A DNA stretch of 48,372 bases, counting the filler, from Sphacelaria rigidula (lineage: Eukaryota), in the NCBI GenBank assembly GCA_964200075.2. It is 3 parts of 3 records of this genome, joined end to end, with 100 filler letters (N's around TTAATTAATTAA, not from the genome) between each part and the next. Parts side by side here need not be neighbours in the genome. Positions count along the whole stretch, not along the records: positions 1 to 16,059 come from CAXNAA020001498.1; 2 more parts are not named here. One strand, given 5' to 3'. The notes below the pieces were generated by a model. That model saw only the letters and a program-made list of their open reading frames with translations, was not told the DNA's origin and did not search any database. This document shows, piece after piece, positions 1 to 10,630 of this stretch (position 1 is the first letter of the stretch; each line of letters starts with the position of its first letter). Position numbers and translations under genes: made by a program.

Positions 1-719
1 CGCCACTTTTTCTTTTTTATACCAGACACGTCATTCCTGACCAGCCTCTTGGTCGTTCTGGAGGCCCGGTTCCAAAAGGGTTAATGGGGCTGTTCTTCAT
101 TGGGGCAACATAAATCAGCGGCGCAATGACCCTTGCTGTGGTGAATACCTCTTACACAGCCCGGACCTGAGACATGAGTTCACATAAACTTGTGATCTCA
201 TTGTCCCAGGATAGGCAATGAATAGCTCGGGCCGTAACTACTGATCAACTGAGTACGACGTTTTTGGCTCCGGGAAAATGGATGCAACAGTGAATGAGAC
301 ACTACTATGACTTCTGTCACACGGGCGCCATGTTACACACCCAACGGTCAACTACGCCACCCTAAGCAGCTGTTGTTGCACACGCATGCCCGGCGCTCTT
401 CCAATACCAAACGGATTGCCGCGAAACAAGCAGTACGATGTATAGATAAGCAAGAGCTAGCGCCAGGTGTGATGTACTCGTGCTGGGAGTGTCTGTGCGT
501 GTGGACTGGGTTGCGCAAGTGCAATGTGTTTTAGTCACGCCCGTTGAGATCTTCAGACCTGTCGCCGACTGCGTCCGGGGCGGAAATAATCACCACTCTT
601 CTCAGGAAGCCAGTTTTGTGAATCCTCATTACGACCCAAAGTGGTCGTTGGTCGTCGTTGGCAAGGAAGCTGCATTGCTTGGTTCCCGCTCCCACTTATT
701 TTCTTTGTAAGACACGGCC

Positions 720-1190
720 TTAGGCGACTTCTTACGCGTCAGAAAAAATCTTGCTGAAAAATGCCTTTTTGGCTCTCCTCCGTCAGTTTCCACCCGAAAT
801 GCGGGCGAGGCGGGTGTTGACACCTTGAGATGACTTGCTCTACTCATTCAGACCGTTCCGGGGCACCTTTGCGTTTTCCGTAGTCACAGTTTTGTTTTTT
901 GCCAAACTTGCATTTTCAATAACAAACGCTTAAGTTATTAAAAAAAACTAACTGTTTTCCCCCCATTTTTAGATGAGTTGACCGTTTCTTACTGAAAATG
1001 GAAGTTTGGCAAAACAAAACTGTGACCTCCGGAAAACGTAAAGGTGCCTTGGAACGGTCTGAACGAGTAGAGCAAGTCATTCCAAGGTGTCAACATCCGC
1101 CTCGTCCTCTTTCGGGGGAAAAACGACAGAGAAGGGTCGAAAAGGCATTCTCAACCAGATTTTTTCTTTATACAGAGGAAGAGGCCTTAG
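720..1190. mobile_element. Foldback/TIR element with ~190-bp imperfect inverted arms
   Basis: 720-910 (…GACACCTTGAGATGACTTGCTCTACTCATTCAGACCGTTCC…TTTGCCAAACTT) is the reverse complement of 1001-1190 (AAGTTTGGCAAA…GGAACGGTCTGAACGAGTAGAGCAAGTCATTCCAAGGTGTC…), around a ~90-bp AT-rich centre. The exact ends are not resolved. Confidence 0.7.
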
Positions 1191-1858
1191 AGTGGAAAGA
1201 ACGCGGATTTGATTCTCAACAGATGCGTTGAGGTTTTTCTTGGAAGTGTCTATCTTATTCCCGTCGTTGAAACCGTCAGGACGTGAGTAACATTTTTATT
1301 TTTTTCGACTAGGGTCGACGCGGTACAGGAGGGTTGGTCACGATCCAAACCGTGAGACCAAAGTGCAAGCCATGTACCGGGAGAGATATGGACTCATCCT
1401 TTGAGCCTTTGACCACGGACTCGTCCTGAGGAATGAAAGGGTCAAAAGGGTGAGGGGAGGGAAAAAAAAGGGGCTTGACCTTACTTATACTCCAATACGG
1501 CTTTTTGGACTGCTGTCGCAAGCCCAGTAGCGCTTGGTGTTGCAAACCTAGCAGCATTTGGGGTAAATCAGTTAATATTTGTCCGGCCGAGTACACAGTA
1601 ATTCACGGTCTCGTCCGGGAGCCCCTCGGAGCATTTCGGCGAAGCCCGGTCAAAATACAAGTAGAAGAACAAGCACACATGTTCGGGGAAGGGCTAGGCA
1701 AGCACGCGAGAACGGATTGACACAGCAATACATGTGATTAGTACAACATTCAACGCCGAGCAGTCGGCGGTGGCGGCGTGCTCAGCAGATAGCGTGGCGG
1801 CCATGTACGTTGTAGTGTTACACTTGCGACAAACAAGCGGCGGATCCTTTTGTAACTT

Positions 1859-1984
1859 GTACTTTGTACTTTGTACTTTGTACTTTGTACTTTGTACTTT
1901 GTACTTTGTACTTTGTACTTTGTACTTTGTACTTTGTACTTTGTACTTTGTACTTTGTACTTTGTACTTTGTACTTTGTACTTT
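1859..1984. repeat. Heptanucleotide microsatellite (GTACTTT)18
   Basis: 18 perfect copies are directly visible; they generate the spurious VQSTKYK and LYFVLCT ORFs. Confidence 0.97.
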
Positions 1985-2745
1985 GGCGCCTACGGAGCCA
2001 TCCAGGCACGGCCTGTGTGGCCAGCACATGATAAAAACGATGGGGTATAATATGATGACAGTCAAGGTGCTTGCTGTGTGTGGGATAACTACACACCCTG
2101 GACAAAATATCAAATTGTCAAAAAAAGTGTACTGCGTACTGTTTCGACAACCGCGTCCATTGCAATAGACAATATCTTCCACACTGCGCGCAGTACACTT
2201 TCTTGACAATGTAGTCTATCAGCCAGGATGTGGATAACTATCCCCAACAGACGTCGCTGTCGCATTCGTATAATACCGCGAGCTACGTCTTGCTGTCGCG
2301 GTGGCCAAGTGTTGAGTGTTGTACCGCACCGCGTGACCTGTCCCGGTCTGTTCTGTTCTTCACGGAACTGTACTGCACCGTGCTGAACTGAACTGAACTA
2401 TACCGTGCTATATTATGGTGAGTACACTACGTAAATTTTGTGCCAGATGCGTAAACGTTGGCCACCTACACATAGATACACACATGTTACATGTCATGCT
2501 GTTGATGATGACGTGATTTTTATCTGCTAACGATGACCTGCGAGAAGACTTTTCGGTCGCTGGTGCGCTGCGGTTGCCGAGGCGGAGTTTTTTCGGAGAC
2601 GATTTGTCGTTTATCAAGACCCTTTCTGGAAATATTGTCTCCACAACGTCCCATTTGAGTCTGTCTCCTTTCTTACGCCGGGTCTTCTCGAGACAAGAAA
2701 AACAAGCGTACAGCTCAACAAGCGTCCAGAAGCAGCATGTTAATT

Positions 2746-2946
2746 GGTAGGGATGTGAGGTCAATGGTCTTGTGACTACGGCATGCAAGAACGTGACTAC
2801 ATGAGTATACTTTTCCCCTCCTTCTTTCGGCTAATTTTTTTCTTTTTCCTTGTAAAGCGGAAGAGTTCCNNNNNNNNNNTTTGTAGGGATGGGAGTGCAA
2901 TGGGCGTGTGCCTACGGCATGCAAGAACGTGACTACATGAGTATAC
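2746..2946 (+). repeat. ~65-bp direct duplication flanking a 10-N gap
   Basis: GTAGGGATG…CTACGGCATGCAAGAACGTGACTACATGAGTATAC occurs at ~2746-2810 and ~2883-2946. Confidence 0.75.
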
Positions 2947-4348
2947 CCCCCCCCCCCCTTCTTCGCGTTGATTGTGTTATTTTCAGTTGCCCGGCGGTGA
3001 GGTTGCACTGTAGTCCGTGAGCATATCGCTAGTGTTTATCCTTCGAAATCGCATGGCTGGGCTACTTTCTTGTGCACCAATATAGTAGCACATGTACTCT
3101 TGTAAAGCGAAGCAGAAAGATACTCCTGGTGTTGTGCTGAACAAGAAAGTCGTGGCTGTTGTATGCAAGTAATCAAGGGGGAGTCGTGTTTTCTCCAGGT
3201 CGCCAAGACGTACGTGTCCAAGAATACTGTCTACTACTGATAGCCACTCCACACCCCACACCAACACATGTCTGCACCTGCCGTTACAGCATGTTATCTT
3301 AACATCAAGTCCCCAAATTGTTGCGAGATTGTTTCATCATAACAGAGTAGATCTCGGACGTTGGTGACCTCACCAGATCCAGGCCGCTTCTGTGGCATGC
3401 TTCACGATGCCATGTGAACCGTCCACAGTAGATGTGGAAGAGACTTGGAATTCGTGCGACCACGCTCAAAGGTACCGCTCGTCTTTTTCTCTTTGTGTGT
3501 GCAAAGTAGTCAACAAACTTACATGGTCGGTCCGAGCATGCGGGTACCTGACATGTTCGACCGCTCCGACTTGTTAGCTCATTTAGATTTTACAGGGCTG
3601 AAGAAGGCGTAAGAAAATTTGAGACACTGATCAACGGGGAGCAACGGCAACGTGCTTGGCTGCAGTTCTGGGGCGTTCCCATGAGTGAAATCCTGTCCCC
3701 GATTTATTTTTTTTGTTCGGCCCCAACCTACAATGTAAATAGGTTGTCAAGAAATTAGACCGATGAAAAATGTAATTATGTTGAAAATGATATATTTTTG
3801 GCAGGTTCGTCGCCGTGGAGGGATCAAGGCGGACAAAAAAACTTGACATCTCAAATATGATGCATTTTCAGATGTGCTTGCACCTTTGGCATGAGGCACA
3901 TCATCACCAAAATGTACGTCTCCTCGATCTGCGATTTCTTAGCTATTTACCTTTTTGTGAAATAAATGAATACTCCACGGCACGACCTTGAACGAAACCT
4001 AGGGGGCACATTTGTATTAGTCGTTGGGAGTGGTTTTGGGGAGCCGAACCGGTCGTGAAGCCGATGCAAAAGCGTAGCATGGAACCCCCCGCAGAACCAT
4101 ACAGTAATGGTCTCCTGTTGAGGCCGACACGGTCTAGAGTCGTGGCATATCTCCAGTCGAACACTCATGTATGGAGTCTCCGAAAACTGACTGACCGCAA
4201 AGTGGGCACCGGCCTGAAGGTGGTGGAACTCTATTTCCGTACAAGTACCTACGCCGCAACACTCCAGTCGGGACATTAGGCTGAGCCTCGCGCTAATTTC
4301 ACGTCCTCTTTGTTTCTGTCCTCGATCTCTTTCTTGGTGCAATGAAAG

Positions 4349-6367
4349 GAAAGCCGGATGTTGGCGAAGTAGATGAAACACCCTCTGAAAATGAATCCGC
4401 AACCTCTCCGTTCACCTTGGCGCCGACACGTTGGTTGATAAGTATGGATATCGGGAGGGAGAAGGGTACATGGATGCCGCAATCGTGGGGGATCAGTGGC
4501 AGGTGCGAAGCGTGATTCAGGTGAAAAAAATATAATGGTACAGTTTTAGTATAGAAGACGCAACATCAGCCCACCCGCTCGCAATTCAATCTTCGACAAG
4601 CCTTCGATGGCTCTACTCCCAACTCCAAGGCTCATCAAAAATGGAATATTAGAGTACCTTCCACCCTCACAACTGACTACTGACGGTGGTGTAGGTGGTC
4701 GGCGCCGCTGTATGCGAGCCCTGTACGCGTTGGTCGCGTCAGAGGTTCACACTCGATGAAAACGTTTTTGACGTATGTGTTGTACATACAGGAGACTGGA
4801 GGTAGATCTCTCCGTCACATTTTTACGCGACGGAGAGACGGCGTGCAAGGTCGTCAGTCCCTTCATTGATATGAAAGTTCGGCCCGGAAGATGGACCATC
4901 GGACCTGCGGAAGGAGCACCGCGACGGCAAACGAAGAACAGATCAGGTCAGCCCCCGCTCGCGTGAATTTTGCCTTCACGCCTTGGGCACACCTGCCGAT
5001 TCCCGGGTGCACCTTATTGTTCAACCGTCGGCTACCTGTCTGATTACTGGGAGTATGTGAAATTCAAAATTGCCGTGCGAATGCCGAGACGTGATTGAAT
5101 GCTATCGCTAGGGCTGTCACGGCTGAGGATTGTTTGTGTCTTGTACGGTTGCTGAAAAGGCAACGCGTATTTTTTTTCCGGGTACATGAACCACAGAAGC
5201 ATGGATGCTGCTATGAAAAATTCATCGTCAGGAGGGTTTCACTTGACAGCAAATATGCAAGCAGCACGCCCTTCACACATTGCTCGCCGAACTTGTAACT
5301 TGTACGCTCGCAGGCAGTCTGAACGTGATTGCAGATACTTGTCGTTTCTGGGTGGAAACTGACGGCTTCGCCCGTGGAGATGTGACGATTCCCCCTGGCA
5401 AAGTTTATTTCGCTGTACCGGTATGGGGATCTCGGCTGTTTCGGAAAGGTCTGGTAACGGTACGACAGAGACGGTGAGTTCTACGCGATGGGCACAATGT
5501 TGCGGAACGGCTGATCCACTGCTTGAGGCGAATTATGTCATTGTCTTTTTAGGCGAGATACCCAACTTAGCCATGAAGTTTGGCGCAGCACGTGAATGCG
5601 AGTGCAAATGTTTCCTTTGCCAATGCATGCATTATGGAAGCACACAGCAACTCAAGTGGCAACATACCGGAAGGTGGTACAAATTACTCAATCGCTAACT
5701 CATGACCCATTCTTCCGTTACTGGGCCGTTTTTTTAGGATCCTCCAGTTTCGTTTATTACCTCCTCGCCCCGCCCCCCTCCTTACCTTACTTCTTTATTA
5801 TACCTCCTATATATTCGATATATTAGTAGCTACGTTGATATTTCGACTTGATCTTCGAATCTCAATTACATCCTGAATCAGTGTGGTCTACACCTTCGGT
5901 GCTGGGTTTCAGGATGCTCTCATGCACGCATCAAACCCCTCTCTTTAAACGGCCATTTTACGAGTATCGCGTATTCGGTCGCTCACAGTTATTTTCTTTT
6001 CATGGTTGAATCGCAGAATCGTTCTTCCGTGGTGGGTATAAGCGGTGAATGCCCCCACACGTGTTTCAACCCGTGCAGGCATGTCGATGTGTCCCTGCCG
6101 GTGCTGCATGTTTTTCGATGAAAGTATGATCATCACATGCTTTCCTATACCCCGCGAAGCGTATGGTACGACTTTCCTCCGTTCCCACGTCTTGTTGCGT
6201 TTGGTGTTGAATGCTCGGCCGAAATACATAGATGGCTAGTGCGCGAGGAGTCTCGAATCCTGGGGGTGTTTGGCGCTGAGATTATCGAAACCGGTGCTGA
6301 TGGCCAAGAAGAACAACGCGTACCGCGGCCGCGTTTGCCACCTTTCCCAAGCGGCTTCAAGGACTGA
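4349..6367 (+). CDS. Conserved unknown protein, spliced gene, 5' end unresolved (exons ~4349-4502, 4792-4946, 5314-5473, 6232-6367)
   Basis: Canonical GT-AG introns with matching phases (2,1,2) give …TRWLISMDIGREKGTWMPQSWGISGRRLEVDLSVTF…GRWTIG…DTCRFWVETDGFARGDVTIPPGKVYFAVPVWGSRLFRKGLVTVRQRRWLVREESRILGVFGAE…SGFKD*. From memory, the IGRExGTWMPxxWG and RRWLVREESRIxGVF motifs resemble an uncharacterised family in photosynthetic stramenopiles. Confidence 0.82.
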
Positions 6368-6887
6368 GTGGCGGAGTGTGCTTGCTGAGACTTGTGGATA
6401 GTGTATTTCATTCGCATTTCGTTGCCGCACACTCTGGACCCCCAGCAACTAGAAGATCTGTCGAGGGATGCGAGACGTGGGCAGGGCTACTGCAGCTCAT
6501 CAACGAAGAGGAGGTTGGAAGGCATGCTACAAAAACTGCACATACCTCAACCCCTTCACAGTCGTGACCTACAAACGACTGAAGACCCCGCCCAGGTAGT
6601 CGCTAGCGGACATAGCCGACATCAAGATATGTGATCTGTAATACGGGTGGAAAATGTGTTACCGGGGGCCGCTGTACTACTTTACGCTATCCATCCTGAT
6701 ACACGGTTGGCATTTGATATCCAAGTATTTTCTGGGGCGAATCCGTTGATGATTGTATTGCAAACCAAAACGCTTGCTTCGATTCGGAGCCTTCAGAGCA
6801 TATATAGCTCAGTCCACAGACTGAGCACAGGCACCAAAAAGCAGCAGCACCTGCTCAATTCAAGAGACTTTTGGATGCACACCGATC

Positions 6888-7283
6888 GGGGTACCAATTT
6901 GAGCGCGTGGATCGACCGTGGTACGAGATTACAGGGTCTAAGTTTGAGTCTCCAGGACTACACCGAGTATTTCGGGGGCAAGCACCCAGGGTACCCTGGG
7001 GTTCTCGGTACCCTCTGCGGTCGGTATCCTGGGTACCTGAGGTGTTCGATACATGGACATAGTACCCCGAGGTTCTCTGGACGTGCTCAGTATTTTCGGA
7101 GCACGTGGTACTGGTAATCAGTATGATTTGTACCAAACCAGATGTGTCGGTGGGCGGGCACCCGAGGTACCTCGCGCTCTTCCTTTACCAGTTTATTCAG
7201 TAATTTCTGCAGTCGATACCCTGCGTACCCCGGAGTACTGGGTACCCCAACTACCCTGAAAATCCGGGGTAACCCGAGGTATT
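6888..7283. repeat. GGTACC/GTACCC-rich degenerate repeat (likely non-autonomous TE interior)
   Basis: Dense recurrence of GGGTACC, GTACCC and CCCGAGGT words. Confidence 0.55.
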
Positions 7284-7322
7284 CATCCAACCATCAGCCC
7301 AGAAGCGGATTTGTAGTTTGGG

Positions 7323-7588
7323 GGCGAATTCGCAATTTTCTACTTGGAGTTGGACAGTGGAAATTGGTATGGACACTGAACAGGGCATCGTTATTTTTTG
7401 TGCCGGGTTCCAAAGTTTTTTTCGTGATTTAGGGGAACATTTTACTAAAACCTTAAAACTGGTTATTGCCCTCAACTGATGAAGAGAAAAATAACTTTAG
7501 GACCCGGCACACAATTATTTTTTATGCCCTGTTCATTGTCCATACCAAGTTTCAGTTTCCAACTCTGAGTAAAAATTGCGAAATTGCC
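7323..7588. mobile_element. Foldback element with ~100-bp inverted arms
   Basis: GGCGAATTCGCAATTTT…TGGTATGGACACTGAACAGGGCAT…TGTGCCGGGT pairs with ACCCGGCACA…ATGCCCTGTTCATTGTCCATACCA…AAAATTGCGAAATTGCC. Confidence 0.7.
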
Positions 7589-8051
7589 TGTTGAAAACCG
7601 GGTTGGTGGAAATTCGGAACAGTATCTTACAGGTCGTTTACCGGCCACGATTGGTGTTTGTGTTTTGAAACTTCGTGCGGAACCTCGGTAGGTCATGATG
7701 AACCAAAAAGAATAGATTAGGTTGGTTTTGATTTTTTTCGCTGGTTAAGGGCATTTTAGTATGGTAACAACCATTTTTTACGATAACGCCGGAACCCCTT
7801 TCCCCCCCAAAAATTGAAGGCCCATTTTTGATTGTATTCAGCAGATAAATCACAATTTGGAAAAATTGAGCTAAAAAAATGAGATGAGGCCCAAGAGCAA
7901 TGTTCATTTCTCCTCAAAATTCCCCTAAACACACGAAAAAAACTGAAAAAAAACAAGGAAAAATGAGGGAAGACTTTTTGTTTTACTTCATTAATTTGGT
8001 TATTTCATAGGACAACTCGAAAAAACTGAGACGCGATATCCAGATTTAGGG

Positions 8052-8219
8052 CATCTAGTGCCTCTGCTCGTATATATTGATTTTTGTATAGAAGCTCATG
8101 TGCGCCATATGTCGAGATAAATCACGAATTGGGTGGAGGTGAGGGTATCTGTCGTCTCCCCGTGTTCCAGGGAAGGTCCACACTAAAAATCATCGTCATT
8201 CGCTGAATGTATCGTTTGG
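8052..8219 (+). repeat. Dispersed repeat, copy 1 (second copy at 32722-32890)
   Basis: ATGTGCGCCA…GAGATA.ATCACGAA…GGTGAGGGTAT.T.TCGTCTCCCCGTG.TCCA.GGAAGGTCCACAC…GAATGTATCGTTTG is shared between contigs 1 and 3. Confidence 0.8.
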
Positions 8220-8674
8220 GGTTTCACATAAATTTAAGCGTGGACACTATCTCCGCACGGTATAGGAATTACTAGACATGCAGTTGAGTCAACGAGACAA
8301 CATCGAGAGATTTTTGGGCAGATGGGTACATTCCCCTAGGTTAGACGATTGCTACGATATGCGGATCACGGCCCAACTCGTCTGTGCCGTTGAGATATTG
8401 CTTCGAGAGCTTAAATTCGTTTTTAGGCTGGCCCAGCTCGTATACAACTGTGGTGAGATGGCGGCCAGTATTATAAGTCGACTTCCGACATACTCCACGG
8501 CATCAGGCTGGAAATGCCCGGCGTGTAGGACAAGTGGATGTTGTTGGTCACATCTGGTCGTTGCGATGTGTTGGGTGATGTACAACAGAGGTTGCTTCTG
8601 GATGAAGAATCCAAACGCCAGGGGTGCATGTTGAAGTCGGTATGGTCGTTGGCGTGAGTCACAGCTGACCACGG

Positions 8675-8953
8675 ACAACGTTTTCGTGAGATTGAGAGTG
8701 GAGGATACGATTGAGAGTGAAAAGCGGTCAAATAGTGAATTAATTGTTTCAGTTTCGAAATGCCCCTCCACGAGGCTGGATATGCTCTCTGTAGCAGCTT
8801 GCCACCGAGGCGCTTGATATCCCTGAAAAGGATATCAACGTGTAGCTGTAAGCACACGCCAGTGATGGAGGCAAAGGAAAGGACGCACAAAATGAACGAT
8901 GGCTACGCTCAGGAGAACGATCAAAGCAACTTTCAATCTCACGAAAACGTTGT
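8675..8953. mobile_element. ~280-bp MITE with TTTCGTGAGATTGA terminal inverted repeats, copy 1
   Basis: ACAACGTTTTCGTGAGATTGA … TCAATCTCACGAAAACGTTGT (21-bp perfect inverted ends). The interior is homologous to 9553-9835 (reverse) and 34425-34712. Confidence 0.8.
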
Positions 8954-9552
8954 TGGAAGCAGATGATGTTTGGCGACTTGGAAAGTGAAAGTGATCAGTA
9001 CGGAGCGTTCGGTGTGGGACCGATGGAATACAAGTGCCCTCGCCAGACCCGTCATCTCTATTCGGCAAACAACGCTGTAGAATATGAGCTAATCAAGTAA
9101 TTTCATAAGAGTTGGAGATTCAACTCCGGTTGCAATTTTCGGTGCTACTGCCCTCGTGAAAGCAGATATCCGAGTGAGTGATCGGCCGGTTTGACGAGTG
9201 TGCATTTTACTATGTTTTTATTCCACGTTGATACCAGTTGGGTCGAGCGAGCTATGTTCAAAGCAGGCGCATGCACGAGTCAAGGCCGCGTTTGATGAAT
9301 TTCCCAACGACAACGCGAGGGAACCAACCTACTTGGTTGGGGGACTGAGTTTCACGTTTCACGACACACTGTTGTCCTCTCGTGTGGTGTGTGCAGACTT
9401 GTAGGGTAATGAAGTGGGAAGGAGCACGAAAGTCTTGGATTTTTCATAGAATGGATGAATCATACGATTGGCGTATCGAGCGGCGGAGAGAGGTGAATTG
9501 GAAGACAACTCCACTGTATTCGTTCGTGGTGACAATGCGCATTAAACACTGC

Positions 9553-9835
9553 TTTCGTGAGATTTAGAGTAGAGCACTGATTGAGAGGGGGTTTTATCAG
9601 TCGCTATAATGTGACTACTTTTACATTCTGTGTGTTTTCTTCCCCTGTAGCACTGCCGTGTGCTTACAGCTACACGGCAATATCCTACTCTGGGGTATCA
9701 AGGGCTTATATGGCAAGCTGCTATAGAAAGCGTATCGGGTCTCGTTGAGGGGCATTCCGGAACTGAAACCGCCCATCCATCACTTGACCACTTCTCACTC
9801 TCAATCGTATCCTCCATTCTCAATCTCACGAGAAA
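9553..9835. mobile_element. TTTCGTGAG-TIR MITE, copy 2 (opposite orientation)
   Basis: Ends TTTCGTGAGATTTAGAG … TTCTCAATCTCACGAGAA; the interior GTGTGCTTACAGCTACACG is the reverse complement of copy 1. Confidence 0.75.
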
Positions 9836-9844
9836 ATTGTTAAT

Positions 9845-10091
9845 AGCCGGTCGCTCTGGTAGCTCAGTTTGTAACCTCGAAACCCCCTGACAGTTTGGTC
9901 GTGGGTTTGAATCTCGGTGCATTCACACAGTCTGGGATTTTTTCTCACACAATGCCCCACAGTAGAGAGTGGTTATGACGTGGGTACAGAAAGTTCAACT
10001 TCACGGTCATCGAGGGAAAGGGACTGCTGAACACCGAAACGTGTTGACTGGCGTCCAGAATAGATGGGATGACACCACACACTGAACACAC
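9845..10091 (+). mobile_element. tRNA-derived SINE family A (internally deleted copy)
   Basis: A-box-like TAGCTCAGTTTG, B-box-like GGTTTGAATC, shared body and 3' CTGGCGTCCAGAATAGA…CACAC tail. Confidence 0.8.
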
Positions 10092-10630
10092 ATGCGCATT
10101 GCAATCTTGAGGGGTTTCAGTAGAGGTTACCCATGAGTGTAAGAGGAAGTCCATCCAACCACTTGAGCAGAATCGTAATGGCAAACATGATGTTGGCAAA
10201 AGCAAACCAGCGCTGATCATAAATGTAAGAGTCTACGCCAAGGTGTAGAGATTGCGCAGTGAAAGGACAACGACGTCGGGTTCCTCTAGTCATGAGACAA
10301 GGTGTGGAGCTTCGGCCCTGTGTGTCGGGGTGGTAGCCGAGAGTGGCAGAGTGGGGAAGGAGGAAACGAGCCCAGCCACAACCTGACCGCTCCATGTCAG
10401 CTAGCTCTCGTCACATCAGTCATACGTCATAGGTACCATGACACATAGCATACCGGCAATGGATATTGGTACATGTGATGGAACGGGGGGATACCTGGTG
10501 GCTGTGTAAAGTGTGAATCGTTGTGACACATGCAATTGACGAACAGGAATCCTTGCGCCAGTGATTTTGACAGCCACGTTGACACGCAGACATAAGATTG
10601 TGCCGCCTGGGTGGCGCAGGGCTCTTCTGC

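Noticed and set aside
1694..2209. Repeat-protein ORFs (VQSTKYK)n / (LYFVLCT)n
   Set aside because: Translations of the stop-free (GTACTTT)18 microsatellite.
100..3270. Possible - strand gene from exon-like pieces (~1360-1425, 1485-1695, 2540-2690)
   Set aside because: Some splice-like sites, but no consistent frame or recognisable motif could be assembled.
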